DNA of 64,000 nucleotides from Iphione sp. A-MEVVRFRX5 (lineage: Eukaryota): contig OZ320314.1 in NCBI GenBank assembly GCA_976226885.1, forward strand, positions 74,896,001 to 74,960,000. The letters run 5' to 3'. Under the pieces are notes generated by a model. It saw only the letters and a list, made by a program, of their open reading frames with translations. It was not told the DNA's origin and did not search any database. The translations under genes were made by a program, and so were the position numbers. Positions 1-11,811 of this stretch are shown piece by piece (the first letter of the stretch is position 1; the number at the start of each line of letters is the position of its first letter).

Positions 1-89
1 TATAATGTTTCACACTTGAATAGGTATCATGATTTGTACTCATTCACGACAGCAGATCAACCAGCCAGGAAACGAAAAATGCTACAGAA

Positions 90-425
90 GGCCCCCCAAA
101 AATAGGTGTGTTTCTGCTAACGACCACCCGAATACTTAGGTAGGGAGGGGGGTATGTTTTTTTTTTGTTAATTTTTTTTCCACTTTCTTCCTCTCATTTT
201 CAATAATAATAAAGATAATATGAAGAATTTTGACCAACTTGTCATTTTTTGTGAATTTTCACGGATTTTATTGTTTTTCAACTAAAGTTACCAAAAGCAT
301 GTGCTTTGAAAACAAGTATCTAAGAAAATAGCCTTGGAAACTCTTTGGGGCAAAAAAATGTTTAGGTAGGGTGAGGTTTTACTAGGTAGGGGTGGGTTAC
401 CATAAACACACCTATTTTTTTTGCC
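90..425. mobile_element. PIF/Harbinger-like MITE, family A
   Basis: TIRs GGCCCCCCAAAAATAGGTGTGTTTCTGCTAAC and GTTACCATAAACACACCTATTTTTTTTGCC; flanks GAA/TAA; the body matches, in reverse complement, the split copy at 47938-49969. Confidence 0.8.
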
Positions 426-783
426 TAATGGTGACCCCTCTCCCCTGGTCACCTCCTACTTTGGTGCAATGGCTTTGGAACTGAATATCATCTAATGTAA
501 ACTAAACTACCTCTCTTCAGTGGTTACCTCTCTTTTTGGTCAGGAACAGGTTGGATTCCTGGGTGACCAGTGGAAAGAGTTTACAGTGTGATTGTCAAAT
601 TTGGCGGTTTCAGAATAGACTCTCCTGACGACATGAAATATACAAAATAATTCATTATTCCCTGAAGGTGTCTCTATTTGAGACATGTCCCTGTTGGAGG
701 CATCTCTCTAAGGTGGCTTTCCATTATATATATGTGGAATACAAAAAGTATATTTATAGAAATATATATTCTGGTGACATCCC

Positions 784-1086
784 TTGCTACTAGCTATGGT
801 AACACATCTATATTGCAAGGGAATGATGACGTTGACTGAACTACTCACAACCACCACTCGCTGTGAAAATCTGTGGTGGCGAGACGTGTGTTCTGCAATG
901 AGCAAATACTGCAAGACGTGTCAGGTGAATCACCCACCCCAAGTGGGTAAGAACTTTCCCATCTTTGTGGAGAAAGAGGTTAATATTGTTGAAGAGAAGC
1001 TGCCAGCAAGAAAAGAGAAGAATGATACGGAAGATATAGAAATGGGACAGGAAAGCAAAGAAGAAAGAAGAAGAGTAAAACGTTGA
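784..1086 (+). pseudogene. Gypsy-type integrase zinc-binding domain relic
   Basis: ORF contains ...NLWWRDVCSAMSKYCKTCQ, matching the WW..(M)..D(V)..Y(C)..C..CQ pattern of LTR-retrotransposon integrase N-termini; no integrase core follows. Confidence 0.5.
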
Positions 1087-1216
1087 AGAAATTTGATATC
1101 ATTCGCTATACGGATGAAGACAGCATCTCAGGCTTCCAGGTGTTAATGGTGGGTTCGTAGGGACTTTTGCGAACGATGATTGAGGAGAAAAATGATGTCG
1201 CCTCATATGTCATTTC

Positions 1217-1374
1217 CATGCCCGTAGCCAAGGGGGTATCGGGGGTATCGTCCGATACCCCCAGAGTCATTACTGTCTATTGGGCGTTATGGGGATAGGA
1301 AGAAATAGTTACACCCCTGTGGTTTTGGGGGTATCGTCCGATATCCCCCAGAAAACTTCCTGGCTACGGGCCTA
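1217..1374. mobile_element. 158-bp MITE with 6-bp TSD (hAT6-like), copy 1
   Basis: Ends CATGCCCGTAGCCA...TGGCTACGGGCCTA; CATTTC is duplicated at 1211-1216 and 1375-1380; internal GGGGGTATCG-TC-CGATACCCCC hairpins; related copy at 52168-52327. Confidence 0.85.
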
Positions 1375-1384
1375 CATTTCTAGC

Positions 1385-4300
1385 TATAAAGGTTTCCACT
1401 AAGCTATATAGTATCAAATCTTTGGCGAATTATTATGCTGAACTGAGGAAGCGGGCTGCCCTACGTGGCGTAAATTCGTTGTTATGGAGATACAGAAGTA
1501 ATACATCAAGTAACTGGGTGTCAATGCCACGAGAGAAGTGGAAAACCAGAAATAGACAAAGAAGACCAAGAGGAATGGCAGGGTGTGTTTCACGTACATT
1601 GCTGGTGAATGCAGTGACCCAAGATGTGCCCGTCAGCATAAGTGTATAAACTGATTGATTGGTGGGCACAAATGCTTCTCAACCAAGTCATCGGGGTGAA
1701 ATGAGTCGAGGAAGGCACAAAACAACATTGACGTACTGCAAGAACATTGAATCCAAGAGCCTGTCGTCAAGATAACGTATTTTCGATCGAGTTGGATGAT
1801 CGTTTTATCTTGTCTTGTAACGTTGATGATAGCCACGTAATTAACGGATGGCTGAACGTTCAAGTAACGGGTACCGCGGACGTCGCTTTTACAGATTATG
1901 ACGTAAAAAGGGATATCCACCAATCAGATCACTTAAAATTGAGACAATGTCGCAATTACGTAAAAATTACATCTGCAATACCCGTTACTTCAAGCGCTGG
2001 CGATCGGCTCATTGTAGACGCTGTTCTAGAGACCCCTGTGTGCTCTGATGAGGACGGCATGATAGGCCCTGAAGGTTATGACGTTGAGGTAGACAATGGC
2101 GATTCTGTGTATTTCCGCAGTGTGATCATGAATTCCTGTTTTGCAGAGTACGTGGTGAACGATGGCAATTATGGTAGTGACCACATTGTGAATATTTTGT
2201 CTGGAGAGGAAAAACTTTATCCCAAATGTCTGCGGAAGTTGTGATTGCACGCATGAAATTGGGGATATTGATTGCGAAATGAAGCCTTGTCGGTCGTTAT
2301 TTGTTCTGTGTAATAGTACTATGAGAAAGGAAGATATACATCTTATTTGTTTTGGCATTACAGTTGGTGTCAAAATTATTAACGACGGTTGTAATATCAG
2401 TTTTGTATGTAATAATTATAATTCAGTTTTGACTGTTGTGATACACTAAAGGCTTATATCATCTTGGGTTTTGTATCTAAAGCAGTCTGTGTTAATGCCT
2501 TAGGGGGTGCGGGAGAGAGTGAATGATCCCTCAGGCCCATCGCGGATTGTTCTATGCTAGAAGGCGTTGGGATAAATACTTTTGTCATCAACCCAAAAAA
2601 CCTTTAGAAATAATTCTGTAGATTACGTGGGTGCGTGTTGACAGGTGGTAAGTATATGTCTGTTATTGATATAAAAAATACCTACAGAGGTGCGTATGTT
2701 TATCCAGACCACAGAGAATTCCAAGGATTTCCTTGGAATCTTAACAATAAAAAAGAATGAATTGTGAACAATACCTTATGCTCCAGGCTGCAATACGGCC
2801 CTTATATTTCTCTTTATTGTCTGAAATGGTAAAGCATGAGTTTGTCTGTCGGTAATGTGGATTTGTGGTGAATTATTTAGATGATTTTATTGATGTTGAC
2901 ATGGATGTTGTTGTTGGTATGTGAATGAGGCGTATAATTAGCTACTTCAACGGAGTGAAGCAGGGAATAATGAAGATCTTTAGTTTTGATGCTGCCTTGA
3001 ATAGATTTCAAGGCCCATGTACAAGTTGTAAATTCTTGGGTATCACTATTGATTCAGTTGATCTGGAACTGAGGCTATCAGCTGACAAAAGAGGAGAATT
3101 GAGAAGTTCTTCCAGAAGGGTTAGTATGCAAAATGTCTTTAGAAAGCTTCGCTGGTCTGTTGGCCCATTGTTTAACCGTTGAAAAAGGTGACCGTACCTA
3201 TACTAGGAGATTATATAACTTTGAGATTCCCTTATCATCTTATAAGGATCGTAGACCTCTTTATGATAAATAAGTGATATTGAATGGTCATTTATCGATG
3301 TTTTCAATGGAAAACGTAAAATTATTAACAAACAGTCACCTGTTGAGACTTTAAACACTGATTCATCTTTGAAAATGCTTGGCTGATACCTTGGAGATGC
3401 CTGACTCATTGGTAAATTGGAGAATTGTTTTCCTACTTATAGTCTGGAGGAATATTTTGAACCTCAGCCTTCATCATATTATTATCAAAATCATGTCAGT
3501 GTTTTCAAGTTGTGGCCCATGGTCATTGGGTTGAAAAGATGGGTTGAAGGCTTATGTGTTACTATGGTTCATTTGATTCACCAATCGCTTTTGGGGTAAT
3601 ACCTCCTCCCGCTGATAAGTGTCATAGCGACGTCCTATAGGAATCCAGCTTCCTCCCTAAGCTTTCTCAATGCTAAAAGACTCAAATTTGAGCCCTTGAA
3701 ACTTAGGAACTATTGGACCAAAAAAGACAAAATTTACTCTGAATCATTGGTAATAAATCCTCTTTATGTCTACCATAGCAAATCATTTAATCTGCAATTT
3801 AATCCCATAGACCCCAGTGCTAAACAGCTTTGTTTGTCCATGATTCACATTCCTATGCTTTGTGAAGGGTGCTTCCTGATTGGTCAGGTTTACTGCCACT
3901 GAAATTAAGTGATCTGTCAATTATTCATAATGTGCGTGTTGCATATGCTTGTGCAGTCCGTAGTAAAGAAAGATACTGTCTAAATTGGCTGAGAGAAATA
4001 TCTTGCACAGGCTGTATTCATGATATTGTGTTTGTAGTTCATTACATTCAAAGTAAAGAAAACATCAGAGCCGATGTTTTGTCTAGGTTATATCAGCCTA
4101 GTAATGGACTGAAAGTTGTTGCTGTAGTGAAGTGATGTATTTTCTTTACAAAGAAGAAAGGAAGCGTGATGGAAGAGATGAGACTACTAAGTCAGCAGCG
4201 GAGAATACTAAGAAGATGAGGACAACTCAATGGAATTCATATAGAAAGTTTTATGTATCCACTGGGTTCAGGTTGTCACCATGTAGTATTCTTCAATTAT

Positions 4301-4830
4301 GACTCTACCTGGCCTGCTTGGCAAAGTTCAAGTGTTATTCCTCTATTAGGAATTATTTGTAAGCTTTCATGTATAACTACAGCAGTAGAGGGTTTGATTT
4401 GGCCTATCAAGGTAGTGTCTTCGTCGACTTGGTCAAAGGACGATTTTTATGTTATAATTGTGTGTGCATGATGAAACTCTTGATTAAAATGGCTTCTTCT
4501 CATTTTACAAGCAAAATTAATACATAATTTATTGCTAAGAGTTAGGAGTATACATTTCAGTGGTTTTAGCCCTTTTTGGCTGATGTTGATATGTGATACT
4601 GCAATGATTATGTGTCCATTGTCATCAAAGTCACTGATAACTGTTGTGCCATTAACTGTTAAGGTAAGATTTTTTTAGCAAAATTAGGACTATATAAATT
4701 TCATATTAACCCTTTTAGTCAGGTGTCTAAATTTTAAAGTTCTCAGAAATATCCAAAGGGTTATTTTTAAAGGGTTGATTCATATGGGGATTTAACTGTG
4801 TCATGCTTAAAATATTTGGATCTCTTATCT
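1385..4830 (+). mobile_element. Degenerate DIRS/Ngaro-like tyrosine-recombinase retrotransposon (gag tail, RT, RNase H, YR)
   Basis: Gag Cys/His motif CFTYIAGECSDPRCARQHKCIN..GGHKC (about 1585-1680); RT VVNYLDDF (YLDD 2874-2885) and FLGITIDSVDLELRLSADK; RNase H TDSS, LWPMVIGLKRW and HYIQSKENIRADVLSR; YR N-terminus AAENTKKMRTTQWNSYRKF...LYLACLAKFKCYSSIRNYL (about 4195-4360). Many stops and frameshifts; terminal repeats not found. Confidence 0.85.
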
Positions 4831-5049
4831 TATCCTGATCTGTCTGCCTAAAACAAACACCATCATAGAGATTTCGGGATAACATGACTAGAATTTCAAA
4901 ATTGGCGTCAATTCAATTAGAACACCACCTCTATGGTTCAGATGACCTGCCATAGGTTGCATTGTATATGAAATTGTGTAGAACTCACTAAGACCTTGTG
5001 AACATGTATTACTTCTGGTGAGGGATGCGGCCGTATGCCTAAGCGTACA

Positions 5050-5286
5050 TATACATATAATTGTATCAGTCTGTGGATGACCTACAGGACCTGTAGACAA
5101 GTTCACATCTCTCTGCATGTCGCTGTGGTATACATATTGCAACTTGACAGCTGTATTTCTCTTATACATTACACACTACTTATTTGATGCACCCAATTTG
5201 CTACAGTTATATTTCCATGGATAACTCTGTACACACTCGTCGGATGATTGGAAATAAAAATACTTGAAATACTTGAAAAAATACTT
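5050..5286 (+). repeat. Probable non-LTR retroelement 3' tail
   Basis: AATAAA at 5253 followed by short TACTTGAA repeats, a tail type seen on CR1/L2-like LINEs and their SINEs; the 5' boundary is uncertain. Confidence 0.4.
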
Positions 5287-6555
5287 ATTACTCTTATGCA
5301 GGTAGATATATTCTTCCAAATTTTCAGCACAAATGGTAAAATGGGTGATCCTTAACTCTGAACTACAAAAAAACTCAAGCTGACATATGAGAGCATGACT
5401 TGGTTTGCTTTTTGATGCCTTTCCGATGATTATTCACAAAAGAGATGTTCATTTCCCGACGGGGTCTGAGGTAGTCAGGTATCAATTTTGTAAAGGAAGG
5501 TTTTTGGTGTCTCCAAGTATGGGTAAGACCTTTGTAAATACTAGCAGACCTGTTTGTATTCCTACATCTTGTTGTCTATGTAAGTAGTTGTGTAGGAGGG
5601 TTTTATCCAACCTATCCAAGATCTGATTGTTTCATTTTGTTTCTTTTTTCCATGGTAAATCTGGCTTTCCAAAATTTTAGACAAGTCACCACACACATCC
5701 TATATGATTTACAATAGAAAACTGGAATAGAGTAATAATCAGATGGGGAGGAAATACATTTTCCTCTAGAAATATGATTAATCACACCAAAGTCGGTAAA
5801 TTCAATGTCCCCCCCAACATACCCGTGCTCTGAAGTATAACATTCTTTGCGCAACAAACACCGAAAATGATAGAACATAAGCCAACAAAAACATAAGGTG
5901 CTCTGCCTTAGACATATCAAATTTACCAAAAACCTTAAACATCTCCTACGAGGAGAAGGCATGCGCTTGAACACCAAGCCTGTCAACTTCTTTTTCAATG
6001 CTAACAGTACTTGACTGATGCTGAAATCTTTGTGATCTGTGGGGTGGTGTCATGTACTCTGCACCAATAAATCAACTCCAATAAGTGATTTTTTATAGAG
6101 CTGGAATAAAGTGACCTACCTAGATAAGTCAAGTAAATGCATGCCTGTCTGTTCGTACATGGAAATGGCACCAAACCAAATGTAAAACAGAAATTCCTCT
6201 GTAGCTGTTTCCCACTTGATTTCCTTATATTCACCGAGATGGCCTCCTATTTCAGCTGTTCCATTTCTCTGTTCAGCTGCTTCAGTTGTCCTGAAAAGAG
6301 AACATATCACGTCTTTACAACAAGTGCTAGATAGCCACAAATGACACAACAGTTTCTTCAACTCTACAAATTATAGGCTCTCGAAAAAGCATCTGCAATG
6401 TAGTTGTCTTTTGTGTTAATGTATTCTACTTTAAAGAGAGACTCCAGCATTTCAAGGCTACCAGAAGCACCCATAGCTCATATACATTGATGCAAATATA
6501 ATAATTATCCCAGCTTGGACGATTCTCCAGATGGTGATCACATACATCAATAGAC

Positions 6556-6880
6556 CACTCAAAAAAAACTACTCCTTATAAACCCGACAGGGATAGGTAG
6601 ATAGAAGAGCAGGTTTTTGGAATAGACCAATTTTTGGAAACACAAGAGTCTACAAAATATTTATGTCAAAGAAGAAATAACATAAAGTAAAATGTGCCTG
6701 ATGAGACAACCGTCGAAACCGTGTTATAGTGGTAGAATAACTGCCTGTAGCCTATCTAGCAGAGTGAGACCTAACATAGTTCCCATAACAACTGAAGGTA
6801 TATAAACAGATGGGGACCAGCTGGCAGACCACAACTCAGTCGCACCTCACAAGGTTAAGAGCATAGCCACATCTTCAACG
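6556..6880 (+). mobile_element. 325-bp Penelope-like 3' fragment inserted into the RNase H of the minus-strand YR retroelement
   Basis: ATCAATAGAC is duplicated at 6546-6555 and 6881-6890; removing the insert and one copy restores the frame KWCDMEVSIDVCDHHLENRPSW. The insert has a weak, frameshifted EEQ-FW-IDQ-type GIY-YIG tail and a hammerhead core. Confidence 0.72.
6693..6739 (+). ncRNA. Type I hammerhead ribozyme-like motif
   Basis: CUGAUGA (6698-6704), stem II GAC-aacc-GUC, GAAA, stem III A-C-C...G-G-U, cleavage triplet GUA (6732-6734); stem I tgtgc/gaata has one mismatch. Confidence 0.65.
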
Positions 6881-9800
6881 ATCAATAGACACCTCCATAT
6901 CACACCACTTGCTATAAAAGCAGTCATGATTAAACCAACCACCAAAACCCTTCAAAGAAGAGTCCGTTGTTACAACACCTTCGATGGAAATGGTCTTTAT
7001 AATTCTTTTCTTACCATTGAACATGTTAATAAGTTTGAACCACCACATCAGATCGCTCTTCACAACATCATCCAGCTGCACCTTACTGTGAGGTGAACCA
7101 ATACCTTTTACCAAGTCATATAAACTAGGTATGTACATCCTACCACCTTTCACTATTGTTGTGCAATGTGAAAGTGAGCCTGTCAAGCTTTCTATCTGTA
7201 TTTTGCTCACTTTGTCCTTCTCTAATGTAATTCAAATCTTGTCCTTAATCATTACAATTTTCTCAGGAGGGAGGGATAATTCCATCTGCTGAGAGTCTAT
7301 TTGGGTGCCTAGGAATTTACCACATTTCGATGCCTTGGCACACTTACTCAAAATCTCTTGCAGATAGGTACACTCATTCTCATCATGACCAATGACCAAA
7401 AAGTCATCCAGATAGTCTACAATACGTGCATTACATCTGTATTTAAACTTTGGTACAATCATCTCAGGTTGTTGAAAATGTAAGGAGCGCATTTAAGACC
7501 AAAACATAAAGAGTCATTTTTTATAAAATTTCCTCTTCTCACCAACAATAGCACCAACTGAAGCCCTGAAACTCTTTGTGCTTTGGGTGGACTAACAAGG
7601 AGCAGTAAGCAATTTTTATCTCACAAGTGGCCATATATTCGCCCTCTTCCAACATGCTGCATACATCATCAACAGATCTAAACAAGAACTCGTTCTGAGT
7701 GCTACTCATGAAGTTATTAATGACTTTCTTATGAGGCATTGAACAATCAGTGATTGGGCAGAGGCTACCATCACCATTAGGTACTATGGCATTGTTACAT
7801 CTGGGCCTAACCTCACACTCAGTGATCACACTGTTTTCTAGTTCAGAATTTACTTTTGCATCCATCTGGCCCTTAAACCCAACACTCAGAATGGATTTGT
7901 AGTTGTCGCAAAATTATTCAGTTGGACATCTCTCATCTATAATGTTGAAACCTTTGTGTATCCCTCTCCACAACTCTAAAATACATAGGTCGTGCATACC
8001 CGAGCAAGATAAGTACACAAAACATCTACATAATTTTAAGGGGCTAGTGATATCACCAATGAAATGAACGCAAGTGCAAGTGTCTTTCAAGCATGAATCT
8101 GAAATATGAACTCTCAGATTATCATCATAGGTACTCACAACCAGGCAGTCTTCATCTATTTCATTCCTTGCAATAATGAAACGTTTCAAAACCTCATGGG
8201 CCTTGAAGTCCGAAACTCTTGCTTGACTGCTGGTAGTTGTCATTGACAACGTCATCAACAACATCTTTCGTGGAAACACCTTGGTAACCATTATTCAAAA
8301 CACTCCTCTGGCTGTTGTCACAAAAAATCCAATAATTCAATTGAGGGATAAATTGAACAATGGCCAACTCACACATATCCTGAAGAACTGTCACTTGAAG
8401 AATGCCTTCGTCTAGTCAATTCTTTTTAGATGTAGATATCATCCACTTGAGTCCCTACCTGTTGATTTAGCAGAGAAACACTCGCTTGCCTTGTGTCCCA
8501 CTTTAAGACACATGCTTAAATGGACCCGTCGATAATAGTGTTACAACGACACGTTTTACTAAACTGGATTGGGTGTGGCCTGTTGCCATAGCAACTAGTG
8601 CTCTGCACATGGGCAGTGAAAACTATCCCTCTACAAACAACGTCCATATGGCTTGTCTGACAGACTAGAAGATACAGGGTGATATTTTTCCTGTAGCTTT
8701 TAAAGAAACTATACAAGGTAGGAGGAAATGGTTTGGCATATGTATATATAACATGTTAAGGATCACTGTCCCAAATTATGAGAGCTTTCTGAGGATAAAT
8801 TAGAGAACTGGAGCAGGTTAAAGTGACACATTTTACGTAGGACCTAGTAGAGACTCTGAACCAATGTCGAAGCAGGGCATATGTAGGTCAAATTCGCTAG
8901 TGCCACCTATTTTCAATCAACAGGTCCATTTGCAAGACACGTCTTCACACCCAGGGTTGTTGTACCTAAAACAGACCCCTTACTGCTTCCCTACCTTTCT
9001 CCTGGATTCCTTGGCATTAGCCACATCCACTGTCACATCCAGGCTGAGACATCTGTGGACTAGCATAGTGTTACCGTTGCAGAAGCTCTTGATCCCCTCA
9101 TCACAAGCCTTCCTCCTCATCTGCTCAACATAGTCGATAAGTGAAGAACTGGTGTATATCTTGGTCAATGCACAATCAGCAATAAAGGAGAGGTCGTCGA
9201 TATAGCCACCCACCTCCTCACCAGATGACATCAGACTCTTTAGTAGACCTAGGGAACCTACCACCAAGTCCTTGTATGACTCCACCCTCTCAGACTTGAC
9301 AAACTTAGAAATTGACAAATTCTTCATCTTCTTACTTCTCTTGTCCTCTTCTTCCGAATCTCCTCATCGGATTCAGTTGAAGACTCAGAGTCACTTGGTG
9401 AGTTGCTCAAGCCACCCCCTTTCTCAGCATGGCTGGTCTTGGGTTTGCTCAAACCCAGTGCCTCTCACATGGTCTCAATCCTCTGGAAACGCTCTTCCAC
9501 AAGATCATCAGGAGAAACGTCCTCCTTCTTGTTCATTCAATCAAGGGAAACTTCCCTACTACAGTGCTTCCCTACTGCTGAAGGATGCTTCACATCACAT
9601 TTCTTACAGAACTTCTCCATACTGATAACCAGCACTCGTCACACTTGTCACAGAACATGTCTTGACTCGTCAAAATCAAACCATGAAGTGTCGTTATGGA
9701 ATAGAATGATGCATATGATTGCTTGGTAACACAAATATACCAACAATCATCCTATTGTGGCATATATGTATATAACTATTTACATTATATATACATATTG

Positions 9801-11232
9801 GTAGAAAGATATAGAGCCATTTGCTTTTCATCCTATATCATGGTCTGGAATGTGTCGTTCCTGTCTGTATGGAAGATTTGTCCCCATCTACCGACGACAT
9901 GTATACATGTGTATGATGCATGTAACGAATGTGGTGCCCCTCCTTGCTGGGTAATGTCACGCATCTTCCTATCGGTTCTGATGATGCAGGAGAGTCAAGA
10001 TTAAAGATGACGGATTGCCTTCCCCCGACATGGATGGGGGCACACTGCACCGGAGTGACCTCGCCGGCGTTGTCTGAAGCGTTCCATCGGCTTCCTGGCA
10101 CGACCCTCAGGTATTTCTCAAGGGATTGTATCATCAGTCCTCTCCTCTCCCTGTGACACCTCGTACCCAGCGGGCATCAATTTTCGCAGTCACGCTTAGT
10201 GCCGTGAATGTTACCTCTCAATGCTTTTTATAATCACTTCTCCTAAACACCAGTACTTTGCTCATTGAAGTCTTTCCTGCCATTATAAATGCATATTCTT
10301 TAAATATGGGTTCTCGAAATTTTAATCATGGATCTAGCACAGCTTTCCCTCATGGGTCTCAATTAATCTATCTTTATCGTCGTATACATCAACGTGGGTG
10401 ACGTTCTCGTACATCAAACCCAACAGTCTGGTCTTTCCTCTACCTCGATTGCCTATTTTATAATGTATTCCGTTCGACTTCGGCCGTAGACATCTCATCA
10501 TTGTTTTCCCTGTTTTGTGCCAAGTAATCATAAAAAGAAAAAAGGTTAGACATATTGCGCATACCAAGTTCAAATGAGCTGCCTTGGAAGGCCTACGATA
10601 CTATGCAGTAGCAAGAAGTGGTGCGCGGCCGATGTCTATTGCGGGTCATAACATATCGCTTACAGCACTGTGGAAATCGTCTGTTAATCTAAGAGACCTA
10701 CAAAATAGATAAGAGCATACAAGTCTTAATTTCTCATCATTTTCTCTACCTAGATACACCGAAGGACCTACTAGACTAGGTTCGGGTCGAGGATTAGACA
10801 CCGTCTAAACACAATGGAAAGGCAGCGGACAAATTATCTTGTAGTCCCGCCGAAATCACCAGACTATTAGAGATACTTGGTAATTTTGCTCAGCAGACAC
10901 ATTCGTTTCCTACAGTGCTGCCTTGTAGGCTTATTCATGTCTTTCAAATCATCACGTCGGATTTTGTTACATGGATGCAGTATTCATTTGGTAAAGATGT
11001 TTTTTAGGACTTAGGACTTTCCTTACAAACGTCTATAATTCTTACGACCATTTATCGAGACATTTTTTTAACTGACCCAATCTGTTTAGTGTAACATTCC
11101 AACTTCCAAAGTCTATTTGTCTTCGCCTCTGTTAGCCCCCTCTGAAGTTCCAATATTCAATATTTATTAAGAAAAATCTTTTTCCACATTTTTGAATGTT
11201 CAGTACAATCCCAGGCACATGCCCATGGGTAA

Positions 11233-11338
11233 GGCCACCTTTCCATATGTACGGACATTTTCCATATACACAAATTTCGGCCAATTTCCGCACCCCTTCA
11301 GGCCTCTGTAGAAAGGTACTTTCCATGTACATGTGTAG

Positions 11339-11390
<52 letters not shown>

Positions 11391-11525
11391 AGTTTTTCAT
11401 GGAGATTGAAGCAAGATGGTAGAATTTGTGCAGTTTTTCATGGAGATTGAAGCATATTGGTGGAAATTCCGCATCTCTCCATGGAGATTAAAGCACAATG
11501 GTGGAATTTGTATAGTTTTCATAGT
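11233..11525. mobile_element. Truncated Harbinger-like MITE, family B, with (GA)n microsatellite
   Basis: TAA|GGCCACCTTTCCATATGTACGGACATTTT terminus like the copies at 14853 and 22236; (GA)n at about 11343-11389; degenerate units of the 41-bp repeat. Confidence 0.7.
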
Positions 11526-11811
11526 AAAACTAAAATCAATAGACAATAGACAATTGTTTATTTTACATCTCATCGTTACATAATGTGAACGTTGAGGTCT
11601 TCCAGTGAAAATAGATGAGTGTCGATAAAGGCAACATAGAGTTATGGTGTACAATATGTAGAGCTGTGTTAACAAATGCATCCGATACATACTAGAGATG
11701 CTGATGTGGTTGAAAACATATACACTTGGGTAGATATGGAACATAATATGAAGTGGATAATTAGTAATAAAGCCAATCGATTAGGCAGGGTGTACAGTTG
11801 AACCAAATCCA

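Larger units (their letters stand above)
5340..9720 (-). mobile_element. Second degenerate DIRS/Ngaro-like tyrosine-recombinase retrotransposon
   Basis: Gag start MEKFCKKCDVKHPSAVGKHC (ATG 9620) and LIDYVEQMRRKA; RT LLVHPKHKEFQGFSW, IVDYLDDF (YLDD 7403-7414), KFLGTQIDSQQMELSLPPEK; RNase H VTTDSSLKGFGGWF, INVYELWVLLVALKCW, EYINTKDNYIADAFSR; YR IYLTYLGRSLYSSSIKNHL and CLLRK. Sequence clearly differs from the element at 1385-4830. Confidence 0.88.

Noticed and set aside
9921-10158. Solo LTR (TGTAAC...GTGACA)
   Set aside because: No TSD, no clear TATA/poly(A) pair and no second copy in the window.
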